This document shows positions 49,214 through 62,500 of a DNA stretch of 64,000 bases, piece after piece. The DNA lies in NCBI GenBank assembly GCA_044892525.1, contig CM097887.1, forward strand, positions 87,894,397-87,958,396, read 5' to 3'. Below the pieces are notes generated by a model that saw only the letters and a list, made by a program, of their open reading frames with translations, was not told the DNA's origin and did not search any database. Origin of the DNA: Schmidtea polychroa. Taxonomy: Eukaryota. The translations under genes were made by a program, and so were the position numbers. How positions within the stretch are numbered: the first letter of the stretch is position 1; the number at the start of each line of letters is the position of its first letter.

Positions 49214-49652
49214 TGCTGAAATTCTTGGAAAATATGCGCCAAGATTGCGAACGGGCGCAGCAGCAAGTAGAGGAGTATCAAGCCAAATTATCAAAATTCA
49301 AAGGGCGCTGCCGCGAGTTGGAGAGTATGTGGTTTCCGCCTATCGAAATGCAAAAGCGCCTAAAGCTGATCCAACAATTACAGCTTCAGAGCACTCAGGA
49401 CCAAATAGAGTTGCGACTCTCCGCCTGAGAATCAGGGAGTTGGAGGCACAGGTGAATCAACAGGAGATCCACAAAGATGCGATAGCCCCAATCCGGCCTC
49501 TGTCAGAGCTTATTGACAGGACCAGCACTTCTGCGCCTCCCCAGAAAAAGATTCGTCTCGGTAAGGCAGAACGGGCCAGGCAACGACAGGCTAAATTAAC
49601 CCACCTGCCAATTACTCCAACTGCCCCAATGGAGTCGAATAATGTACACTAA
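49214..49652 (+). pseudogene. Repeat-family ORF-b (copy C), single frameshift
   Basis: Acceptor ttttcAG at 49212-49213. KFKGRCRELESMWFPP matches KLKGKCREFEGTWFSP of copy A. Frameshift near 49420. Basic tail KKIRLGKAERARQRQAK. Confidence 0.7.
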
Positions 49653-49764
49653 ACATATACTGTCTTATGTATGATTAAAATTAAATTTGTGTTTATGGTT
49701 ATGTTAAATCGTTTATTTGCATGAACTCTGATAAAGATTGATCATTCGGCAACACAATCTGGAA

Positions 49765-49998
49765 GTAAAGGGACCGGAAAAAATCGGACATAGGTCTTCT
49801 ACCGGCAGTCCGTGGACCCAAGTTGAATACTGGAAAATTATAGTATGCCAAGCATACTCACTTTTTGCTGATACTCAAACCCTTGGTAAAGTACCAACGT
49901 TGATTACTCAACAAGTACCAAGCGGTCGAATTGTATTTGTATTCTGGGTTACGCTGGAAACAGCACCACGAGATAAGATGTTGATTACCTGTAACCCA
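49765..49998 (+). repeat. Conserved structured terminal motif, copy C
   Basis: TGGGTTAC (49945-49952) pairs with GTAACCCA (49991-49998), enclosing GCTG-GAAA-CAGC. Shares cagtccgtggaccca and gtaccaacgttgattactcaac with copy A. Confidence 0.8.
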
Positions 49999-51185
49999 AT
50001 AATAATAATAAAATGATAAAAAACAAATAATAAACAAATATATTAGTACATAATAAAATTGGCCTTACTTTCGAATAAATTCAATAAAATAGTTATTATT
50101 CTTTTTAAAAGTATAATTAGATAAATTCTTAGAATAACAAGAATAAGTTACTAAGAATTTTTTGTGACCGAAATGCATTGGTATATATATCCTAATTATG
50201 GTGTGTGAGTATATATGCGTGCGTTGATTCAGTAAAACAAATTTGAATTATTTTAATTCTAGCTAATTTTGAATCCTAATTTTTTATCGATTTAATTATC
50301 GATTTTTTATAAATTATTATTAATTTCATTTTCTAAATGTTATATTTGATTTATTTTTAATTAGATTTGCCGCCATGATGGATATGGGTTTTTTCAGAAC
50401 ATTCCACGATGTTTTTTTGGTATTTTTAATAAATCTTTTTTGATTTTAGTTCCTATTTCTTTTTACCGCAGTTAATTCAATTTTTTACTATTGTTATGTA
50501 TTCATGTTGTGTTTGAGTAGGTTTCATGCAATACATCTTGATTTTGTTTGATTTTTCTTTTAATTTGGGTTTATTACTTTTGTGTGATGTAAATTCTGTT
50601 AATTACATAAAACTTTGACAATTTATGTGAAAACATATTGAAAATGATGAAACATCAAGGACTTTGATTAAACCTGCATAAAAAACTCTGTGAAAATACC
50701 TTGAAAATCGTGAAAAATCATAAAATTTCAGTTGACCTACATAAAATTTTTATTGACCTAAATAAAAATACTAGGAATTTTACGAAATAAAATCCTCTTG
50801 GAGGTTGATCAAACGATGGACAAACTATCAACTCCCCAAATAAGTATTAATTTTTATTTAATTTAATAAATTTTTGTACTTTTATTATTTTGGTGTTTTT
50901 ATTGATTTTTTTACCTGTGCTTCTATTTTATTTTTGTGCCTTTATATAGTCCCCTATCATATGCTCCCTTTTAATTAAAATTCATCTTCGAATTTATTTA
51001 TTTGATTACAAAAATATGTTTAAGATAAGCATTGGAAGCTTTGTGATACCCAGTGCAAATCCAATAGTAGTCTAGTTTCGAGTCTCCTGCATAGTACTGA
51101 TAAAAGCCAAAATTTGTTCTTTGGATATTGGTTTTCATTTTATTGAGGATACCATCTTCTTACCATTACCTCTAAACCAATCTAG

Positions 51186-51600
51186 TCACATCCTTTTTGG
51201 GTTTCGATGTCCATAATTTTTATACCAAAATTGATTGTCGCTATGCCATTTTCTTTGACAATAATCACTCTTAACTGGGCTTTGGCTTCTGCGTGAATGA
51301 TTTTTAAACCAACGTTGATTTAAATGATGTTCAATTCTGTTACAATGACTGCATCGGATTGGCCTATTGGCTTTGTCCAATCATTTGCGATGGTGCTTTT
51401 GCCAATTTGTTCACAAGCCTGTCTTGCTACTCCTTTTTAAATATAATGGTAACCGTTGCAACATAATTGATTGGCTCCATCGATAGTCCATAGCATACAT
51501 ATAGTAGTCTGTCATGAAATCAACAAATTCGACCAAATCTCCTCCATATTTATCAACTAGTAGTCTCTGACAGCTTACAAATTCGTTACCAGACACAGGC
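51186..51600 (-). mobile_element. Ty3/gypsy gag relic with degenerate zinc knuckle
   Basis: KYGGDLVEFVDFMTDYYMYAMDYRWS..LPLYLK and CSHCNRIEHH, downstream of a PBS. Confidence 0.65.
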
Positions 51601-51918
51601 TTTTGTTATTTGAATTGCTCGATGTATTTTATAATTGTTTCATTTTTCAAAAATTATAAAATCTTTTGTACAACCTTTTCTCGTCTAAAATTTAAAATAT
51701 TACCTTTTGTTTTAATTTTGGATCGAATATTAATAATTTTCTTTTTAAATTCTTTCTTAACTTTTCTCAATATTTTCAAAACTGTATTCTTTTATTTCAA
51801 TTACAAAAATTTACTTTAGTTTAATCACAATAATATATTTTACTTTTCCAATTTTATTTAACTTTCAATAGTCTTTCACTTTAATATTTCACAAATTCAA
51901 TAATACTTTTCCAACTTT

Positions 51919-51937
51919 AATCACGCCGGGTTCACCA
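51919..51937 (-). promoter_or_regulatory. Primer-binding site complementary to the tRNA-Trp 3' end
   Basis: TGGTGAACCCGGCGTGATT, 3 nt from the LTR end CCCAACA (51941). Matches my recalled metazoan tRNA-Trp 3' end (ATCACGTCGGGGTCACCA) at 16/18 positions. Confidence 0.75.
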
Positions 51938-53110
51938 AGATGTTGGGTTAGGAATCAATAAAGTCGGTTAATTTCTGACTCCAGTGTCCCCTTTTATAAA
52001 ACCAAATAACTAAAACCCAACGCGGGACAAATATATTGATTCTCCAAGTAAATTACAATTTGTCAATAGTTCACACTCTTCTATCAGTTATTTCTCTGAT
52101 TCAAAGTCAAAATTTCTCCTTTTTATACACTCTTGTTATTTTTATGCCTTTATATATTACTTCAAGAAATTAAAAATGTGATACGGTCACATGTACATGC
52201 CAAATTGAGATATGGAGAAAAGTTAAAATGTTCATTACGGAAATTGAGGAAAAAGTTAAGAGAAACAAGAATTGAACTGACATAATTTGTATTAGCAATA
52301 GATTATGAGGACTGTGGAGAAACAGAATATGTAGAGGAACAATGGTGTACAAAGGTTCAGAAGTTACGAAAAAGAGCTGCTGACATAGTAGGAAAAGACG
52401 GGATCATTATATTGACATTCAAATGTGAAGAATTGGATAATAAAGGGCAGGACATTTAGTGAATTGTGAAGTAACAATTAAGTGACAAAAATTAGATACA
52501 GTAGATATTTCTAACACTTTATCTGCACAATATGGGGTATGACTCTATATGACTTCCTCGAACGCCACATTGCCTGGGTATGGCTCTGGAAATGCCATTT
52601 ATTACATGATTTTAGGACTGATATATCCTAGAAAATTTCTCAACACTGCTATTTTGAAATTGCATAATATAACATTCAATTTGATAATTAATGATTGGAA
52701 CACAAGTACAAATTAAAAATCAGTCGGAACTCGAATACCAAGCAACCTTATAAATTGTATATATAACAAATAAATTTATTAGAAAAAATGAAAAATATTC
52801 CGAAAATTTACTTCTTCAGCACCTGGATTAACAAAATTCATTTCTCTAATAAATGTTATGGAATTAATTATCACAAAATTAGACAGAAAACAGGAGCATT
52901 ATCAAATATGTGATAATGTTTCACCAACTCTTTCCATCACCTTGCAGAAAAATTCAATTTCTTCATCGGTTAATGTACAGTTTATTGATAGTCTGATACT
53001 TGGTTTAGGACATTTATATTCCGATTCTTTTAAATATCTAATAAATCGACAATCAATAAAACAAAACAAATATTTTATTAATTATTATTAATCATTTGTG
53101 CAGTAATCAC

Positions 53111-53335
53111 TAGGGACTGCAAATTTACCGGTAAACGGTAAAAAATTCATCACTTTATCAGTTTACCAGTAATTTATCGGTAAAATGATAGTAATAATAG
53201 AAAATTTAAATGTTTTAGAATTCATTGTTATTACATATTATTATTAAATAAAAAATATTACCGGTAATTCGGTAAAGAAAAAATGACGGTCAAACCGGTA
53301 AATTGATTTACTGTTTACCGGTAATGCAGTCACTA
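53111..53335. mobile_element. hAT-type MITE, 225 bp
   Basis: TIRs TAGGGACTGCA / TAGTGACTGCA, many internal ACCGGT(AA) motifs, perfect 8-bp TSD GTAATCAC at 53103-53110 and 53336-53343. Confidence 0.9.
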
Positions 53336-53889
53336 GTAATCACGAGCCTGACTCAGAAAGTAAAATTACCAAACACTGAATAACTACTCATTTATATTTA
53401 TTTTCGTCACTACAGTTTTGATAAATAAATTTATTTAGATATGAAATTTATTTTCAATAGGCATATGAATGATATAAATAAACTACAAGGGGTTATAACG
53501 TGTATAAGTACCAGTCCTAATGGGGTTGTAATGCCGCTTACAAATAAAAGTATAAACTTGGCAATAAGTACTTCGTAAACATAACTTTGATCATTCCACT
53601 CAATTTAACTTGATGTTCATTTTAAGTTTAATTAGTAAATTAGGCTTGAAATAGTATTAAGTTAAATGTCTATAAGAAAATAAGTGATTCCGATTCTTTT
53701 AAATATCTAATAAATCGACAATCAACTAAAAAAGAAAAATTCAAATGAATAAGTTAAATTTAGCCTTCTTGTATATTTAATTAACAAATTTAATTTTTAT
53801 ACTTTATCTTGATATTCATAATAATTTTTAATCATTAATATTGATTTTATAATTGATTACATAATAAAATAAATAAGTAAACTAGTACA

Positions 53890-54273
53890 CAGTAAACCCT
53901 CCTATAGCGCCTTTTCGCTACAATGCGGTTAAAAGAATGCGGGAATTTTTCTTGTAATACGATTTCTTTTTCTTACAACGCGGTTTTTGTACATTGTAAC
54001 AGGAATACTCAATTCAGCAAACAAATTTACATTTACGAGACGATACCGTGTTCGATCATTTGTGATGTACATTTTATTTTGTTTTCAGTCATAGAACAAA
54101 ACGGATAACAACAATTATTTTTATTTTACAGTGAATAAGCAGTAAACACATTGCTTCTTATTTGGAACCGGCCTCTACATATTTCCTATAAAGTTTACAT
54201 CTCTTGCAACTCGATTCCCTTCTACGCGGCTTTTTCTGAGAACGTATCTAGCGCGTTGTGATAGGTTTGGCTA
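53890..54273. mobile_element. pogo/Tigger-like non-autonomous element
   Basis: Left CAGTAAACCCTCCTATAGCGC; degenerate inverted right end GCGCGTTGTGATAGGTTTGGCTA. Confidence 0.45.
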
Positions 54274-55499
54274 TATTTAGATCTAGTATATTGTCAGAAC
54301 AAAAGTCCTATATTTGCCAAAAAAAATTCACATGCATTTGGTATTTTACTCTGAACGACTATATATAATTTATTTTTAAATCTTAGAATATTGTCATTTA
54401 TAGAAATAATTTGGAGATAAAAAAGTTGGCCATATAACATAAACAGGTGACTAAATTAGTTAATTTATACAACAAAATAAATATAAAGCAACAACCACTG
54501 ACCGTATCTCTAGTGTTTATCATCATTTAATTAAGAAATATAATTGTTTTAATATATGCACTTTCGGAAAAGTGTAATTGTGTAATTGTAAATAAATATT
54601 AATCTTTTATAGAAAGAAATTAATTGAGTACTAAAATTGATGCTTATCTAGTTTCTAGACTGAAAATAGATGAGAATAATAACACTTGGAAAAGAAAGAA
54701 CCAAAAATTTGCATTATATAGGAAAATTAATTTTTGATTTATAGTTAGAATGAAAATATCAAAAGAAAACATCTAGAGTGAAAAAAATAAAGGATTTTGT
54801 TGAAGATGCTTAAAATAATAAAGTATTATTTAATAATTAAATAATAATAACTAATTTTTATTAAATTTTAATTGATTAGAATAATTTGGTTAAACAAATG
54901 AAACAAAAATGCAAACATCCTTATCGATGATAGAGAAGTGAAATTTGAAGAAGTAATTGGAAAATGGCAATGAAACAAAGGCAAATTAATTAAAATAAAA
55001 CAAGGAATAAAAATAAAGTGAAAGATTATCGTTAATTAATTAATGCAAGTCAGCGAATTGAAATTTAGAAATCAAGAAAATATATTTTTGGAGTAAGAGA
55101 TAACTGTAAACTTTTGAATTTCCAATTGTCACTAAAAGAAGTAAATTATTCACAGCTGTAAACCATCGGTTTTTTGGTGAGGTCTGTAAAAAATAGATAA
55201 TTTATTGACTTAACTCCGAGGTCTAAGAAAATCATGTTAGTAAGTGTTAATTTTGGTATAATGACAACTTTGTAGCATCCAAGAAAAAGCAACACAAATA
55301 ACATAAACCTTTCGATAAAACATTAAAAATTGACACAGAAACATCGCAATTCAAATAATTAAAAATTTAATAAAATTGTGTTTTAAAAGAAATTTAGTAA
55401 AATTAAACGAGACTTCAAATTGTAAATTCAAAAATTGTAAAGAAAAATTAAATGTAAAGAAGCCAAAGTAGCTCTTTATACTAAAATTTCTCCGAGTGA

Positions 55500-56049
55500 C
55501 TAATCTAGTGATCAACTTCTATCCTTTAGACTCTATTTAGAACTGTCGTGTGATTTTTGGCTAAAAAGAAATGAATATGCTTTGTTATCTGAAAAAGCTT
55601 TAAATATTTTGGATGCCTTTCAATACATCATACTGGTGTGAAACTAGATTCCCTGCAATGTTGAAAATTAAAAACAAATACCGAACTAAACTTGAATTTG
55701 AGCCTAATCTACGCCTTAAATTAACCAAAATTTCACAAAATGTGAAAATATTGTGTGCACTGAAACAAGCACCTCCATCCCACTAACAATAATTTAATAT
55801 TCCAATCATTGTTTGTGATATTTTCAAATTTGAGGAAGTTCAATGAAGCTCTATTTAAAAAAAGTTTTCCTACTTTTAGTTTAAAAGTTAAACTTTTATT
55901 GCAAAGGTTGACTTGTATGACATTAAAGTATACAGAACAACAATTAACATCTTTTAGAAGGTGTTTTTAACCAGTGAAAAAATAAGTGGTTCGCCAATTT
56001 TTTTTGGTCATTAGATGGTACGAGAGCAAAAAAACATTGGGAACCCCTG
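55500..56049 (+). mobile_element. hAT Buster/Charlie 3' relic
   Basis: DFWLKRNEYALLSEKAL..PFNTSYWCETRF..IKNKYRTKL..LRLKL..KQAPPSH* (dimerisation domain). Terminal GGGAACCCCTG is followed by TTTTAGAG. Confidence 0.8.
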
Positions 56050-56072
56050 TTTTAGAGTATAACAAATATTAA

Positions 56073-56314
56073 CCCTCTGACCGCGTTTTCTTCAAATTTG
56101 ATTTTTAAAAATATATTTTTTTTGTTTGTAGTACGTCGAAATCGGAATGCATAAAATTATCAGCACAGAAAGACAGCTTAACTTGAACGGGGAAATCGGG
56201 GAAATAGCAAAGTGAGAAAACATAAATAAATGCGAGCACGTCCAGATCGCAGGATGCGTATAATTAAACCGTTAGTTGCTGCAAGCGTAAATCACGGGAT
56301 ACTTGGTCAGGGGG
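56073..56314. mobile_element. piggyBac-like MITE, 242 bp
   Basis: TTAA|CCCTCTGACC ... GGTCAGGGGG|TTAA (TIR match 9/10). Confidence 0.8.
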
Positions 56315-57511
56315 TTAAGGATAATTTGTTGATCAATTTGCAATTGTATTGTAATTAAATTTGTACTTGTTAAATGTATTAACAATAAATTAATATTTTT
56401 GGAAATTTTCAATTGAATAACTCAAACACGTAGAGTAAGAAGTAAAAGGAAAATCAATAACAGATATAAATTGTAAATAACTAATTAATAACTAATTGTA
56501 AAAGAAAATTAAAGGCAAATTGAACACAATGGACCGCACTTTGTTCCCTTTTTCGGGAAGATAATTGAATATAAAATTATTCTGCATTTTTAAAATTTTG
56601 TATATTTTAATTTTAGCACTTGCAACTGTTAATTTACATACACTAATGGATGTAAATACAACCACGCCATATAATAGAATAAGATGAAAAATCATATTAA
56701 ATACTTTAACACACGCATCATCGAATTGTATTTGTATAATATTATAAAAGTATCGCATGTTACATACAATATTCATCTGATTATACTGTTCAGGTTTTTG
56801 AAAAGAATACTACTTAAAATTGGTCCTGAACAAAAATTCTGGGAAGTTTGGCGTGACTAATATGGATATTAAAGGCTCATTAAAGAATAAATTTGAATTA
56901 ACTGACAACCATGGAGTAAAAATAGCAATGTGGTCTCAAAAACAACTAAATCGTTGATGAAATGCTTGCCAAAGTCATGCCGAAATATGTTGACATTAAA
57001 CATTCAATGATAATTATTGACAGGAATTTCTTAGGGAAATAATAAACATCTGAATTTTATTACTATTTTAAGTAAATTATAAAATCATGAATTGTAATTA
57101 GATAATTTATTTAACCAATAAAATTCAAATTTTTAACTAAGGATTACGAAATTCTGATAGCTAACATCTACTTACTAACTTAAAAAGTCAAATGCTTTTT
57201 AAGATATATGTAATTAAATATTTTTGGTAATTTTGATGTAAACCAATTGAAAGACTAACAATAATCACGTGTTTGCACCATCAATGTTCGATATTGTAAT
57301 ATTTGAATCTGATGACAATCCGATAATTTTTATTTAATCATCCATGACATCATTCCAATTTGTAGTGAGTATGATGCATGATAATTAGCCCTAACCAGGT
57401 CTAAGAAATCGCTTTTCGTTGTCAGGACCAAGTGTTAGTATAATTCTCGAATAGTTAAATAATTTATCAAGCGTATTTATATCAAACAAATATACGCTAA
57501 TTAACTCATAA

Positions 57512-57620
57512 GGGGTCATTGCATAATTACGTCACGCCAAAATGACCATTTTTGGATGACCCACCCACCCTGTCACGCTTGGTCACATTTCCCTATACCA
57601 ACCCACCCACCCCCCAATCG
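57512..57620 (+). mobile_element. Left end of a PIF/Harbinger-like element
   Basis: TAA|GGGGTCATTGCATAATTACGTCACG, followed by ACCCACCC subterminal repeats. Confidence 0.5.
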
Positions 57621-59244
57621 TGCCAATTACAAATTTACAGACAGTTGTAACAGTTTAAAAACAATAATTTATATAAGGATTTTAAAATTGTTTCAAGATG
57701 CTTAAATTAAGCAAGAATCCGTTTTAAAATGTTTAAAAATCATAACAGTGGACCAATTAAAATTAATTTAATCAACTGGTTCTTCGAGGTCAGAAATCCA
57801 TGGAGAATTACCACGTTGTTCCGAAGGTAAAACTAAAAAACAGCGGTTTCCGGTTCACTGTCACTTCTTAGCCAAATTTGTAAAAAAGATATTTAAAAAT
57901 ATTTACCAAATCTATTTTACAAAAACGTGAACTAGTCTTAACTCTAATCTTAACAGTGTCTTCTCTTTTTTCAATCTAAAAGAATCTCACCATCATACAA
58001 TCATTTGTAAGCAGTGACGGATTAAGCTCTAGTCGAGTCCAAGATAAGTGTTATTCGGGCTATCAGAAGTTGAATGCTAAATTATCTTTTTAGTCCTCTG
58101 TTCTATATCTAGAATAATTCCAAAAATTGTTCATATTCAAGTTCTGATTACAAAAGGGTACAAGTTGTTCTTACTTGGTTATATTCTTGTTTATTTTTGT
58201 TATGCTTTTTACGTATTAATTTAATCACATAAGTAATGATACAATGTTGTTTACAAAATGTTATATATAATTAAATAATGTTCATATTAATATTAGTAAG
58301 ACTATAGATCAAAACAATATATCAACAGTTAAAAAATCGTGTACCTTAAATATTGTTTTGATCTAATTTCACAAATATTAATATGGAAATGATTTAATTT
58401 AAAAAAAGATCAAAGGTGAAACCAAAAGCTAAATATCATAGTTATTTATTAATATTATTTATTTAAAACATGCCTTTATACCGCACACCACTAATGTCAT
58501 TCAAATACCTTTTCATGTCATCTCTACTGCACCGGCATGCCAGCCTAACGCAGCCGCAAAAATAACCTGACGCTTTTTAGCAGACTTGAATATAACGGGC
58601 GTGAAACAATTGTCACTTTTGTCGATGCGAAAGTCCATCTCTGTTTTTAAGCATATTTTAACACATCTTAATTATTATTGTCTATTAAAATAAGGACTTA
58701 ACATTTTAATGAAATTATATTCCAACAACCGTACATATTTGAAAAGATAATGCCCAGTATAAATAAACACATTTTGTCAATCATTTGTTACAGTAAGTAC
58801 TCACATTTTTAATACCGTTTTATTAAGTGAAAGATAATGTATAAAATACACTTGAAAAGTATTAAATGAATTTCATTTGTTACGCATTTGCAGTTAACGA
58901 AACATATTACAATATTTTTATACGCTTAATATTGAGTTATAAGAATGTTAACAGTTTTTGTTAATTTTATGAATTATGAAAATTGTTTATAAAGGACTAT
59001 TATTATATTATTATAAAAGTATTATTATTATATATAATAAATAGTAATGATTAATAAAAAAAATAATTATAAGAAAGCGCCACTCAAACATTCGTTTCAC
59101 GATATATTTCAACAATTTTCCTGAAATGAATAGCTAGAAATTATAGATTTTTGAACAAATTTATTAATTATATCATTTTTTAATAAGATATTTTTTTAAA
59201 TTATAAAAATTATAATTTAAATAATAAATATAACGAATAGCCCT

Positions 59245-59960
59245 AACTACAATATATTTCGACAGAATCCCTGTCACCTTCAGGTAGAATTGAAAATCAA
59301 ACTAAATCAATATAAATTGCTTTTTTAAACAAACTTACTAATTCATTAATTTTTTTTTAAATTAATTTCGCTAAAAGTTCACAAAATTCTGATTTTTCAA
59401 TTCAAACTTTAAAAATTATAAAACATTTAAAACTCACAAAAGTTGAAATCAAACATTTTAATAAATTTTTCACAAAATTGTGTTTAATAATATTAATCAA
59501 TTCCTTCAATCGATAGTGATCAGGAACTTGAAAACGGAGATGACGGACAGTCATTCCAATGTATGTGGCATTGCACCCATGACATAAATATTCATAACCA
59601 AAATCCGAAAGTAAGAATTGAAATCCACTAATAAACACGAAGTTTAAAAAATAGGAATTAGATACCACCTTCCAACGTTGAAATGTAAACCTAAACAAAA
59701 AACTGTGCTTGCTAATATAAATCAATTCCCCTTGAAACGGAGATGATGGACAGTCATTCCAATGTATGTGGCATTGCACCCATGACATATATATTCAAAA
59801 CCAAGATCTGAACACCATCTAAGCAAGAACCGAAATAGACCAACTTCACAATTTATATCACACATATCCAATCCAATCATTGATAGTTTTTCTTTCATTA
59901 GTTTTCTACATCTCTTCATCAATTCCAAAGTGTTTCTATTGAGTATCGGAAAAAACAAAG
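59245..59960 (-). mobile_element. Penelope-like 3' tail: two tandem GIY-YIG fragments plus pLTR
   Basis: YEYLCHGCNATYIGMTVRHLRF and FEYICHGCNATYIGMTVHHLRF. 59245-59370 is the inverted copy of 60030-60150. Confidence 0.8.
59247..59290 (-). ncRNA. Minimal hammerhead ribozyme-like motif (core variant)
   Basis: CTAC-CTGAAGG-T-GACAG GGATT CTGTC-GAAA-TATATT-GTAG. Stem I CTAC/GTAG, palindromic helix III (ATATAT), A-to-G change in the core. Confidence 0.55.
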
Positions 59961-60106
59961 TGTAACTTTCAAATTTATTATACCATCACCAAACAATGGC
60001 ACTGACTTAAATATAAAAATAATAAAATAATTTTAAAAATATTAATGAATTAGTTAATTAGTTTGTTTAAAAAGAGCAATTTTTATTGATTTAGTTTGAT
60101 ATTCAA

Positions 60107-60150
60107 TTCTACCTGAAGATGACAGTGATTCTGTCGAAATATATTGTATA
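60107..60150 (+). ncRNA. Minimal hammerhead ribozyme-like motif in the Penelope pLTR
   Basis: CTAC-CTGAAGA-T-GACAG TGATT CTGTC-GAAA-TATATT-GTA. Intact CUGANGA/GAAA core and 5-bp stem II; stem I only 3 bp. Confidence 0.65.
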
Positions 60151-60313
60151 AAATTTTATATATTGAATTTGGTGCTTTTCGTTATATTTAAGTCAGTGCC
60201 ATTGTTTGGTGATTGTTATAATAAATAATAAATCATTTTTAAATTGTAGCAACCAAAAACAGAAAATTTTAAAATATTATCTAATTTAACAATAACATGT
60301 GTTAATTATGAAT

Positions 60314-62376
60314 TTATGGTTTCGTTTGATGTTTGTAGTCAATTTACTAATGTACCATTGGTTGAAACTATTGATCTATGTTGCTTATTATGGAATGAAA
60401 ACATTTCTGAACATCTTACTTTGGATGGGAAGGCATTTCGTGAACTGCTTGAATTTGCTACTTCAAAAGTCAATTTTCTTTTCAATAATGAATGGTATCA
60501 ACAAATACATGGAGTTGCTATGGGTTCTCCTTAACACCAACGATGGCTTCAATTTTTTGGCAATCTTAGAAAAGAAAATTGCATATTTCCAATTTATGAA
60601 ACCCATAATTTATAAGTGGTATGTGGATGACATGTTTCTTATATTTGAAAATCAGTGGCATGTTTAGTCGTTTTTGCATTATATGAATAATCTATATGAA
60701 AACATTGTATTCACATGTGAAAAGGAGAAAAAATTATCACTTTCTTAGATCTGTTAATACAACGCAAAGAGAAACACTAAGAGACAGAGATTTATAGAAA
60801 ACCAATTGATGCTGGTCTCTATACTTCGTCTGAAAGTTTTTGTGAATTCATGTATATGAGAAATATGAAGAAATTGATTTATCTTTCATGGCCTGTGTCT
60901 TCTACTTTTGTAAATTTAGTAAGAAGTGTAGATAAATTGGTTGAATTGTTAATGAAGAATGGTTATTCAAAATCCTTTTTATTAACTACGGTAAAAGAGA
61001 CTGTCGATAAATTTATTAAAAATCCTAAGGATCCTTGTTTGAGAAAATCTTGGTGTGATTTTATTAGTAAAGGCGAGTTTGATAATAAATTAAATTGCGA
61101 GTGAAAAGATGACGAGCTTAAATATGTGTTGATATTACTGTACTCAGAAGGTTTTACATATTATAAAAAAAGGATAAGTAAGCAGTTGGGGAATTTAAAT
61201 TATAAGATTGTTTCAAATTCATATAAAGTACGCAATATGTCAATAATTCTTTAAAATCACTTCATTATAGCTTTAAAAGATTAAAAGTTGTGACAGAAAA
61301 AAGTTTAAGTGATGCTGTTTTGACAGAAAGAATGAAATATTCAACCGAGTTCAAAGACTCATTAACGATAAAGAACGAGAGAAAAATATTTTTTATTGAC
61401 GAGGTTGGTTTCAATATTAGCATGCGTTCAAAATATGGAAGATCACAGGTTGGGAAAACATCTGTAATTTCAGCACCAGGTGTTCGTTCAAGGAATCATA
61501 GTACGTGCTGTGCAATGAATAAATACGAGGAAATATTTTACATCACTCAGCAGCACGCTTATAACAATATGGATTTTTAAATTATCTTAATTCTTTAATG
61601 CAATGGATTGATGAAAAAAGTTTAATCGAATCTATGTTTGTCATGGACAATGTTTCATTACACAAAGGCAATAAAGTAAAAAGAATTTTTGAAACCAGAA
61701 ATCATACTATAAAATACTTGCCTCCATATACAACACAATCCGATTGAAAACATGTTTGGAAAATGGAAAAATTACATAAGACAAGAAGATTCTGGCTGAC
61801 AAGGATCAGAGAAACCGATTGTTCTGGTTTATGTAGAAATATGCTTAAAGAAGTGAGAAATATTACTTAAACGATGTTTCTATCAATTAAAATGCATTCT
61901 ATATTTAAATAGAACTCAAGTAGATTTTTTAAATAATATTTGTTTTTATATTCTTATTCTCGATATTGTAATTATTTAATCGTATTTTATATATTTTTAC
62001 TTCCCTTCTTTAAAAATATTAAATTGAACTTCAAACCCTGTAAGTCTAAAACTCCGGTTGGATTGTGTTCTGATCTCGTTTATCAATTTACATGCAATGG
62101 GTGAAATGCCACATAAATTAGAGACTTTCTGTCATCTCTGTATTCGAGCTCAAGAACGTTATAGGCCGAAGTCATGATCCAATATTTGTGAGCACAATAA
62201 GGGATGTAAGAGTAAAATAGGTATGTCTGATTTTAAAATTTTATCAAAAAATTTCAATAATTATTGAGAACATGTGATTTGTGAAGTGTTATTGAGAAAG
62301 TCATCGGATCCGAAAATTAATGTGGGAAATGAAGTGAATACTTGTGTTTTGAATGTTTTAAAATAGTTTTTTTTTC

Positions 62377-62408
<32 letters not shown>

Positions 62409-62500
62409 GGATTGTTGTTAAATTAAATAATTTTAACTTTCAATATTTTAAAATTTCCTTTTTTTGGTTGCTACAATTTAAAAATGATTTATGATTTAAA
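60314..62500 (+). mobile_element. Penelope-like retroelement relic (RT plus GIY-YIG)
   Basis: VSFDVCSQFTNVP, YQQIHGVAMGSP, WYVDDMF and IYRKP RT motifs; decayed DLVYQFTCNG*NAT near 62070. Stops and frameshifts; interrupted by a Tc1-like insert. Confidence 0.85.
61260..61800 (+). mobile_element. IS630/Tc1-like transposase relic nested in the Penelope element
   Basis: YSFKRL..FFIDEVGFN..FVMDNVSLH..YLPPY..PIENMFGKWK across two frameshifts. Confidence 0.85.
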
